Shown piece after piece: positions 1 through 7,867 of a stretch of 12,051 nt of DNA. A model generated the notes under the pieces. The model was not told the DNA's origin and searched no databases. It worked only from the letters and a program-made list of their open reading frames with translations. Each line of letters opens with the position of its first letter. Within the stretch, counting starts at the first letter, position 1. Source of the stretch: Octopus sinensis (Eukaryota). The translations under genes were made by a program, and so were the position numbers. The stretch spans positions 1-12,051 of the forward strand of contig NW_021826691.1 of NCBI RefSeq assembly GCF_006345805.1. The letters run 5' to 3'.

Positions 1-16
1 TCGCTGGCGGATCGAA

Positions 17-115
17 TGGAGGGTGGATAGAGAGAAAGATAGATAGACGGCCAGACGGACGGATGGATGGATGGATGGACAAACGGGTGGACAGATGGAT
101 TGATAAATGGATGAA
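17..115. repeat. Degenerate tetranucleotide microsatellite (GGAT/AGAT/GGAC)n
   Basis: gatagatagacggccagacggacggatggatggatggatggac is visible directly. Confidence 0.85.
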
Positions 116-234
116 TAACTTCTTTAGAAAACAAAGCAAGTAACCAAAAGCATTATCCTGATTTGGTCCTGTGCGCATTTAAATCTTCTTCAATTATTAT
201 GTTTGGGAATATTAAATTGTGACTAAATACCGTA

Positions 235-410
235 TGTGTGGTAAGTAGCTTGCTAACCAACCACATGGTTCCGGGTTCAGTCCCACTGCGTGGCATCTTG
301 GGCAAGTGTCTTCTGCTATAGCCCGGGCCGACCAATGCCTTGTGAGTGGATTTGGTAGACGGAAACTGAAAGAAGCCTGTTCGTATATATGTATATATAT
401 ATATTATATA

Positions 411-477
<67 letters not shown>

Positions 478-724
478 TAGTGTAATATTTGCGTAATAAG
501 GTGTGTGCGTGTATATTTGTGTGTGGTTTGTCCCCCTAGCATTGCTTGACAACCGTGATGGTGTGTTTACGTCCCCGTCACTTAGCGGTTCGGCAAAAGA
601 GTCCGATAGAATAAGTACAGGGCTTACAAAGAATAAGTCCCGGGGTCGATTTGCTCGACTAAAGGCGGTGCTCCAGCATGGCCGCAGTCAAATGACTGAA
701 ACAAGTAAAAGAGAGTAAAGAGTA
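235..724 (+). mobile_element. tRNA-derived SINE, family A, copy 1 (5' end clipped inside the A box)
   Basis: Colinear with 8139-8554 over its whole length. B box GGTTCAGTCCC at 274-284; post-tRNA segment cttgggcaagt is reminiscent of CORE-type SINE bodies; internal (TA)n; 3' end ...gactgaaacaagtaaaagagagtaaagagta. Confidence 0.9.
384..477. repeat. (TA)n microsatellite inside SINE A copy 1
   Basis: Near-pure TA run starting right after gaagcctgttcg. Confidence 0.95.
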
Positions 725-1036
725 TATAAAAGTCATTTTCTTTTCAAAAATGCCACAAAAAGTCACTCTGTATCTGATATATGAAGTTGAGCTTCCCATA
801 AGCTTTAATGTACTCAAGAGAAATTGGCCCTGAATTTGCGCTGCTGAATCTGGGATCAAAGCTGTTTTGCAGCATTATAGCCCCATGGGTAAATCAGTGC
901 AGCGGGTTCGATAGTATTTATTTATTGACAACAATCCATAACATACTTCGATCGGAATTTGATCCCTGGCTCAACTTTATTGAAGAGACTTGACCTTTTA
1001 ACTTGATATAAACGGAACGGTCAGGACTTGAAAGTC

Positions 1037-1085
1037 GATCGAAGCCCGATCGAAAATTGATCGAAGCCTGATCGAAAATTGATCG
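1037..1085. repeat. 11/22-bp minisatellite (GATCGAAGCCY GATCGAAAATT)2 GATCG
   Basis: GATCG starts at 1037, 1048, 1059, 1070 and 1081. Confidence 0.9.
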
Positions 1086-1238
1086 GTGATTGTGACTGTG
1101 CTATTGTTGTATAATGATGATATTGTTTTCAGGTTCAGGTTGCAGTGGAGATGGTGGGATGGTAGGGGAGGTGGAGTTGCGGTGCTGGGGAAACGTGGAT
1201 AGTTAAGGTGGTGGTGATTGTGGTGGTGGTTGTAGTAA
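1086..1238. repeat. Degenerate (GGT/GAT)-rich low-complexity tract
   Basis: Visible triplet composition; resumes after 1895, so SINE B array 1 interrupts it. Confidence 0.75.
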
Positions 1239-1895
1239 GGCGGTGAGCTGGCAGAAACGTTAGCACGCCGGGCGAAATGCTTAGCAGTATTTCGTCTGCC
1301 GCTACGTTCTGAGTTCAAATTCTGCCAAGGTCGACTTTTCCCTTCATCCTTTCGGGGTCGATTACATAAGTACCAGTTACGCACTGGGGTCGATGTAATC
1401 AACTTAATCCCTTTGTCTGTCTTTGTTTGTCCTCTCTGTGTTTAGCCCCTTGTGGGCAATACAGAAATAGGTATTTCGTCTGCCGCTACGCTTTGAGTTC
1501 AAATTCCACCAAGGTCGACTTTGCCTTTCATCCTTTCGGGGTCGATTACATAAGTACCAGTTACGCACTGGGGTCGATCTAATCAACTTAATCCCTTTGT
1601 CTGTCCTTGTTTGTCCTCTCTGTGTTTAGCCCCTTGTGGGCAATAAAGAAATAGGTATTTCGTCTGCCGCTACAATCTGAGTTCAAATTCCGTCAACTTG
1701 TCAAATTCCGTCAACTTGTCAAATTCCGTCAATTTCCGTCAATATATATTTCCGTCAGACTTTGCCTTTCATCCTTTCGGGGTCGATTACATAAGTACCA
1801 GTTACGCACTGGGGTCAATGTAATCGACTTAATCCCTTTGTCTGTCCTTGTTTGTCCTCTCTGTGTTTAGCCCCTTGTGGGCAATAAAGAAATAG
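1239..1895 (+). mobile_element. tRNA-derived SINE, family B, trimeric array (full head plus two head-truncated units)
   Basis: Head ggcggtgagctggcagaaacgttagcac at 1239; B box GAGTTCAAATTC at 1311-1322. Units restart at gtatttcgtc at 1287, 1471 and 1655 (period 184), and each ends aaagaaatag or a one-base variant. Homologous to 10253-10719. The body gtcgactttgcctttcatcctttcggggtcgat resembles, from memory, the Nin/Deu-type central SINE domain. Confidence 0.9.
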
Positions 1896-2700
1896 GTTGT
1901 GGTGTTGGTGGTGGTGTTGGTGTTGGTGGTGGTGGTCAGTGTGGTGGTGCTGATACTGGTGGTGCTGGTGCTGGTGCTGGTATGGTAGTGGTAGGGAGTG
2001 TTGCTGTAATGGTGTTTGTGATGGTAGTGGTGGTTGGGGCGGTAGTAGTTGAGGTTTGTACTGGTAATGGTGAGATGATGATGGTAATGATAGGGGCGTT
2101 GTTGTGGTGGTGATTGCAGGTGTTGGCTGTGATGGTGGTGGGGTGGTGTGGCTGGTGGTGGTGGTGGTGGTGGTGGTGGTGGTGGTGGCTGTCTGCAGGT
2201 GCATGTTGTGGGGAACGTCACCAAAATCTTCCCGTGTGCCCCCTCGTTTGATAATAATTTAGGGATGGGGACGTAATTCCTGAATGATGATGATGATGAT
2301 GATGACGACGACGACGATGACAATGATGATGTGGTTTTGGTGGTGGTGGTGGTGGTGATGATGATAATAATGACTGGTGATGATGGTAGTAGTGGTAGTT
2401 ATGATGGTAATTTGTGGTGGTGATGGTGGTGATGGTGGTGGTGATGGTGGTGGTGGTGATGGTGGTGGTGGTGATAGTGGTGGTGGTGGCAGTGGCCGTA
2501 GCGGTGGCAGTGGTTTTGGTGGTGGTGGTTGTAGTGGTGGTCGTGATTATGATGATGATGATGATGATGATGGTGACGACAACGACGACGATGATGACGA
2601 CCACGATAAGGATGACGACGATGATGATGATTATGATGATGATGTCAATGAGGACAAACGATGTCGACTTGAACGATGACGATCATCGATAGTTGATGTT
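1896..2700. repeat. Compound (GGT)n/(GAT)n/(GAC)n microsatellite with a ~90-nt unique island at ~2196-2282
   Basis: Direct inspection; source of the poly-G/V/H/T/P/D ORFs. Confidence 0.9.
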
Positions 2701-2945
2701 GTCGTCTTCTTCTTCTCCTCCTCCTCTTCCTTCTTATTCTTCTTCTTATCTTCCTTCTTCTTCTCCCCTCCTCCTCTTCATTCTTCTTCTTATCTTCCTT
2801 CTTCTTCTCCCCTCCTCCTCTTCATTCTTCTTCTTATCTTCCTTCTTCTTCTCCCCCTCCTCCTCATCTCCTTATTATTATTATTCTCCTCCTCACCTTC
2901 CACCACCTCCTCCTCATCATCATCATCATCCTTCTTCTTCTTCCT
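2701..2945. repeat. (TCT/TCC/CAT)n pyrimidine tract containing an exact 44-bp tandem duplication
   Basis: 2761-2804 is identical to 2805-2848, with degenerate copies on both sides. Confidence 0.9.
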
Positions 2946-3397
2946 ATAAGAACTCACGCCATTAGCCACAAGAATAATCTCTAATTCGAGCCTACTCTAA
3001 GCTACTAAGAATGCGTGTGACAACTTAGACTGGCGGTTGCACGGGCGCGAAAGCTACGTTGTTATCCTCATTCCGTAAATGGTGGCTTTTAACGGGTGGA
3101 GAGCTGAACCATCCTGGAATACAGAGTATTTGCAATCTAGACTAGGGTCTGAAAGTTTACCACACCATAGGGGGTTACACCATGGTTCTTCTGCTTTCTG
3201 TCAGAACTAGGAAGAAAGAGTGAGAGAAAGTTGTGGTGAACGAGTACAGCGGGGTTCACCCACACACCCCAGCCGGTTTCTATTGGAGCTTAGGTGTTTT
3301 TTGCTCAATAAACACTCATAATGCCCGGTCTGGGAATCGAAACCGCGTTCTTACGACGACGAGTCCGCTGCCCTAACCACTGGGCCATTGCGCCCCC
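2946..3397 (-). mobile_element. tRNA-derived SINE, family C (3' boundary uncertain)
   Basis: Minus strand reads GGGGGCGCAATGGCCCAGTGGTTAGGGCAGCGGACTCG...GGTTTCGATTCCC. Consensus A box TGGCCCAGTGG (3387-3377), D-stem GCCC/GGGC, B-box-like GGTTTCGATTCCC (3344-3332). Followed by ~380 nt of non-repetitive body that runs into the AAG/GAT tract. The head is well supported; the extent of the body is inferred. Confidence 0.7.
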
Positions 3398-3552
3398 ACT
3401 GTTGTTGTTGTTGTCCCCCCAGGTGTTGGGACACAGGAATCGCCCCCAGGTCACGCTGCACCAGTAGGCAAGTTCAATACGAGGATCGGCAAAAGCCTTG
3501 ATCTTTGGGAATAATTTACGTCCGCTGGTGGGAGTGGAAGGCAGGTGTAGCT

Positions 3553-3975
3553 GGTGGTGGTGGTGGTGGTGGTGGTGGTGGTGGTGGTGGTGGTGGGTGA
3601 GAGGACGATTAGACTGTGTCTGTATGGGGGAGAAAAGCGGGTAGGGTTGTGATAGTGATGGTGGTGGCATTTACGTAGAAATGGTGGTGAATGCAGGTGT
3701 AGGTAATAGTAATGGTGGTGTTGGCGATGGTGTTGACGATGGTGGTGGTATTGGTGGTGGTGGTGGTGATAGTGGTTGTGGTGGTGGTACATTTGCAGTG
3801 GTGATAGCAGGTGCAGGTTGTAGCGTTGTTGATGATGGTGGTGGCGGTGGTGGTGGTGGTGGTAGTGGGAGTGATGGTGATCATAGTGGTGTTGGGAGGG
3901 GGGTGATGGTAGTAGTGATGATGGTGATGGGGTGGTATTGGTTCTGGTGATGATGGTGGTGTTGGTGGTGGAGGT
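3553..3975. repeat. (GGT)n-dominated compound microsatellite
   Basis: Pure (GGT)n at 3553-3596, degenerate thereafter. Confidence 0.9.
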
Positions 3976-4182
3976 GAAAAAAGACGGAGAAACTGGAATA
4001 GACAGGAGGGCAGAGCATGTCCCAAAAGCTTCTCTGTTGGGAACAGCTAGGGTTTTGAGATTGGTGCTCGGGTGTTGAGTGTTTCCCACAATAATTAATA
4101 TTCAATTACCAAAGCTTATAATTTGCGGAAAGAGATGCAGTGCAACTTCTGACAACAGGCTGATGTCCGCTCTCACTGAATA

Positions 4183-4460
4183 AAACATGGGTCTTTCATT
4201 CATCCTCCTTAAACTACGCTTATTCAGGGACCTTTTGAATAAGATGGTCTACTCGACCTGAGGAAAATTCTAACCGGACCCCACCTGCAAGGTCATGCGC
4301 TGTTTATCTTGATATAAGATCACCATGTCGGGCATATATGATTGTGATGCATGTGCTTGGTGTACCCTTATAAGACAGATAGTTATGATGGGTATACTGT
4401 GCCTCATATTATATATTTGTACCCCAGTGTCACTTTGATTGCATACGATGCTCCCTCATT
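4183..4460 (+). mobile_element. Unclassified ~0.53-kb interspersed element, copy 1 (3' half only), followed by (TAA)4
   Basis: Aligns with 4746-5010 and 7496-7762 from aaacatggg to cagtgtcactttgat...ctccctcatt, then taataataat at 4461. Confidence 0.85.
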
Positions 4461-4476
4461 TAATAATAATAATTAA

Positions 4477-5012
4477 TGCCAGGCAAGGATCTCATGGCTT
4501 CTGATCTTAACTGATTGGAAGTGTTATCATGTACATTGTTTTGTCTTGGTATAAAAGATGGGCTACAGCAAATATTCTGCTCAACACCACAGATTTGCTT
4601 GTCAGTTGCTTGACCATAACAAGTTGAGCATGTCCCTTAGTGGCTGACGATATATGCATCTCTGATCATGAGCAGAAGTAGTGGGGGAGCATCATAGCCA
4701 TGTGTTGAGAGGAATTCTTTGGGGTTTTAATAATTCACCTCTGGAAACATGGGTGTTTCGTTCAGCATCCCTAAACAACTCTTATTCATGGACTTTTTGA
4801 GCGGGATTGGCTACTCAATCTGAAGAAAATTCTAACAAGGCTTCACTTGCAAAGTCATGTGTTGCTTACCTTGATATAAGATCACCATATCGCGCACATA
4901 TGGTTGTGAAGTAAAGTATGTGCTTGGTGTATCCTTATAAGACAGGTATTTATGATGGGTATATTGGACTTCGTCTATTTGTACTTGAGTGTCACTTTGA
5001 TGGCATGCGCTT
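4477..5012 (+). mobile_element. Unclassified ~0.53-kb interspersed element, copy 2 (last ~20 nt replaced by the LINE junction)
   Basis: Colinear with 7229-7763; 47 nt are identical (4520-4566 vs 7269-7315). No ORF, TIR or A/B box found. Confidence 0.9.
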
Positions 5013-5017
5013 GCCAG

Positions 5018-5944
5018 GACTGTATCGAAGCACAGGAAAACAGACTAGGGTGATATATAAAAAAGGTCGTAGAGTCACTGTTGAAACACACGAAGAAAGC
5101 CGGGTCACGAAAACTGAAAATTGTGTAACTAAAGAAAAATTTAAACAAAAAATGAACAAAAAAAAGAGAAAATAAAAGGTAAAACAAAAAGAAAAATCAT
5201 GGAAGGAAAAAAATGTACGGTCAGTTTGCAAGAAATGTGAACGCCAAGACAGATACAGAAGAACGGTTGCTATGAATGAGGAGGAGTGACCTGAAGATAG
5301 AGACAGAAGCACTCATATGCGCAGCTCAGGAACAAGCATTAAGGATCAATTATATGGACAACACTACCGATAGTGACAAGTGCAGAATGTGTGGTGAGAG
5401 AGGTGAAACGGTATGGCACATCGTTAGCGAATCCCTGAAATTGGCACAACGCGAATACAAACGACGCCATTACAATGTGGCAAGAATGATCCATTGGGAG
5501 CTCTGTGGAAATCATGGCAGACAAAGAGCAAAGACGTAGTATGAACAAACCCCAGAAGGGGTCACCGAAAATGAGAACTGCAAAATCTTGTGGGATGTAA
5601 TGTTCCAGTGCGATCACCCAACCAGACATAAGAAACCGGACATTGTTGTGGTGAATAAAAAAGAAAGAACTTGTATGATAATCGACATAGTATGCCCCGG
5701 TGACAACAGGATCAAAATGAAAGAAGAAAAAAACAATTATGACGATTTCAAGTGGGAAATACGAAGGTTGTGGTCAATGAGGAGAGTAGATGTGATGCCA
5801 ATAGTAATTGGTGCACTTGGAAGTATCAGCACTCAACTACCAATACGGCTGAAAAAGATCGGTGCAAGTGTGAAGGTAGAACACCTACAAATATCAGCAT
5901 TGCTTGGAACTGCAAGAATTCTTCACAGAGTTCTTGAAGCATGA
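5018..5944 (+). pseudogene. C-terminal remnant of retrotransposon ORF (post-RT region, zinc knuckle, restriction-like endonuclease)
   Basis: Manual translation across lesions: DCIEAQENRLG*YIKK...KTENCVTKEKFK...WKEK/MYGQFARN...*MRRSDLKIETEALICAAQEQAL...CRMCGERGETVWHIVSES...RRHYNVARMIHWELC...*YEQTPEGVTENENCKILWD...KKPDIVVV...CMIIDIVCPGD...PIVIGALG...ALLGTARILHRVLEA*. Stops at 5051, 5173, 5273 and 5537; frameshifts near 5100 and 5208; last knuckle Cys changed to Ser, RHD changed to RHY. Confidence 0.9.
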
Positions 5945-6029
5945 CCAGTAAACGAGTGTCACCTTAGTCTGCTGGGTGTGGACAGCTGACACCTTCCATC
6001 ACACCCAGCAAAATAAGCTGAGAGTTTTC

Positions 6030-6031
<2 letters not shown>
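5018..6031 (+). mobile_element. 5'-truncated RLE-type non-LTR retrotransposon, R4/Dong-like, with intact 3' end
   Basis: Decayed coding remnant to TGA 5942-5944, an ~85-nt structured 3'UTR, then directly the (TAA)n array. Domain order CCHC knuckle - RH(D) - PD..D nuclease is established for RLE-clade LINEs. Confidence 0.9.
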
Positions 6032-6061
<30 letters not shown>

Positions 6062-6069
6062 GAATAATA

Positions 6070-6117
<48 letters not shown>

Positions 6118-6192
6118 TAATAATAATAATGATGATGATGATGATAATAATAATGATAATAATAAAAATAATAATAATGATAATAATAAAAC

Positions 6193-6224
<32 letters not shown>

Positions 6225-6332
6225 CAATAATAATAATGATAATAATAACAATAATAATAATAATAATAATAATAAAATAATAATGATAATAATAAAATAA
6301 TAATAATAATAATAATAATGATAATAATAATA

Positions 6333-6363
<31 letters not shown>

Positions 6364-6396
6364 TTATTATTATTATAATAATGAAATAAAATAATA

Positions 6397-6427
<31 letters not shown>

Positions 6428-6481
6428 TTAAAAAAAAAAATAATAATAATGATAATAATAACAATAATGATGATGATGATG

Positions 6482-6555
<74 letters not shown>

Positions 6556-6577
6556 TAATAATAATAATAATAATGAT
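6032..6577. repeat. Long (TAA)n array with TGA/AAA/CAA variants
   Basis: Direct inspection. Confidence 0.97.
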
Positions 6578-6587
6578 ACTTAATAAA

Positions 6588-7133
6588 CTGTGGCCCGTAG
6601 CAAACAAGCTGATGTCGACCAGAATCACACCCATCAGTGGCTACAGAACTCAGGGCTAAAGGTAGAGAGCGACGGCTTTATCTTAGCTGCTCAAGATCAG
6701 AGTTTATTAAGCTGGAATTACTAAGCCAATGAGATAAAATATGGAGTAGACCCAAAGTGCCGATACTTCAATGAGATTGAAACAGTGGACCACCTAATCT
6801 CTGGATGTAAGGTTTTAGCACCAGTAGAGTGTAAATCATGACAGAGTTGACCAACGTCTACACTGGATAATATGTCGACATTATAAAATCAAAACTGTTG
6901 ACAAATGATACAAACACCATCCTGAGACTGTAACTGCGGGAGTGAATGTAACAATTATTTGGGACGTTACAGTACATACAGACAGGACCATCAAAGCTAA
7001 TAATCCAGATAATATTGTGAAAGACCATGAAAGACTATAAAAAATAAAATCTGTTTATTGATTGACATGAGCATACCTTGTAAGCATAAAATCTCGGGAA
7101 AGGAATTTGATAAGCTCAAAATACATAAAGATT
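6588..7133 (+). mobile_element. Second R4/Dong-like LINE fragment (different subfamily, truncated at both ends, pseudogenised)
   Basis: Manual translation: ARSKQADVDQNHTHQWLQNSGLKVESDGFILAAQDQSLLSWNY*AN...PKCRYFNEIETVDHLISGCKVLAPVECKS/HDRVDQRLHWIICRHY...DK*YKHHPETV...IIWD...IKANNPD.../CLLIDMSIP...KEFDKL. Knuckle at 6758-6808, PD at 7005-7010. Not in the ORF track because of stops and frameshifts. Confidence 0.88.
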
Positions 7134-7189
7134 GGCAAAGTGTTGGGAAGACACACGGCAAGAAATGGAAGCAAATTTGAAAGAAGACG

Positions 7190-7232
7190 ATAATAATGAT
7201 AACAGTAGTAGTAGTAGGTAGTAGTAGTAGGT
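7190..7232. repeat. Short (TAA)/(GTA)n tract
   Basis: gataataatgataacagtagtagtagtaggtagtagtagtagg. Confidence 0.8.
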
Positions 7233-7762
7233 AGTGGCTCTCGTAGCTTCTGATCTTAACTGATTAGGAGTGTTATCATGTACATTGTTTTGTCTTGGTA
7301 TAAAAGATGGGCTACGGCAAACATTCTGCTCAATACCACAGATTTGCTTGTCAGTTGTTTGACCTTAACCAGTTGAGCATGTCCCTTAGTGGCTGACGAT
7401 ATATGCATCTCTGATCACGAGCAGAAGTAGTGGGGGACCATCATACCCGTGTTATGAGAGGGATTCTTTGGGGTTTGAATATTTCACCTCTGGAAACATG
7501 GGTGTTTCGGTCAACATTCTTAAACAACCCTTATTCAGGGACCTTTTGAGCAGAATGGGTAACTCAACCAGAAATTCTAACTGGGCACCACCTGCAAGGT
7601 CACGTGCTGTTTATCTTGATACGAGATCACCATGTCGCGCACATATGGTTGTGATGCATGTGCCTAGTGTACCCTTATCAGACGGGTAGTCATGATGGGT
7701 ATATTGGGCTTCGTATATTTTACCCCAGTGTCACTTTGATGGTATGGACTACTCTCTCACTC

Positions 7763-7763
<1 letters not shown>
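7229..7763 (+). mobile_element. Unclassified ~0.53-kb interspersed element, copy 3 (apparently complete), followed by (AAT)n
   Basis: Colinear with copy 2; ends ctctctcactca, then the AAT array. Confidence 0.9.
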
Positions 7764-7827
<64 letters not shown>

Positions 7828-7832
7828 TGATG

Positions 7833-7867
<35 letters not shown>

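Noticed and set aside
876-914. A-box-like TAGCCCCATGG and B-box-like GGTTCGATAG
   Set aside because: Spacing is too short for a tRNA-type promoter, and there is no cloverleaf or second copy.
998-1586. Two ORFs with the same N-terminus (MIxSTPVRNWYLCNRPRKDE)
   Set aside because: Antisense translation of tandem SINE B units, not paralogous genes.
1239-1895. Regular repeats suggesting a CRISPR-like array
   Set aside because: Units are contiguous 184-bp copies without unique spacers, carry Pol III boxes, and there are no cas genes; the context is eukaryotic.
3322-3397. Possible genuine tRNA gene
   Set aside because: D-arm and A box are good, but the anticodon and acceptor stems do not pair properly, the B box has an extra T, and there is no T-run terminator; it is a SINE head.
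2116-3813. Five GCAGGTG (E-box-like) motifs at 2116, 2195, 3541, 3693 and 3807
   Set aside because: All lie in or beside GGT-rich degenerate repeats where the motif arises easily; no independent regulatory evidence.
1815-4105. Long ORFs rich in His/Thr/Pro/Gly/Val/Asp
   Set aside because: They are translations of triplet microsatellites, open in several frames on both strands, with no recognisable domain or splice structure.
4161-4183. tgatgtccgctctcactgaataaa resembling the 3' end of the 0.53-kb element (a possible fourth copy)
   Set aside because: Match is too short and low-complexity to support.
5051-5539. Stops at apparent Trp positions (TGA 5051, TGA 5273, TAG 5537; also TGA 6906) that A-to-I editing could in principle recode to Trp
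   Set aside because: TGG-to-stop transitions are common in neutral decay. The fragments also have frameshifts, other stops, broken zinc knuckles and no RT domain, so editing could not restore a protein.
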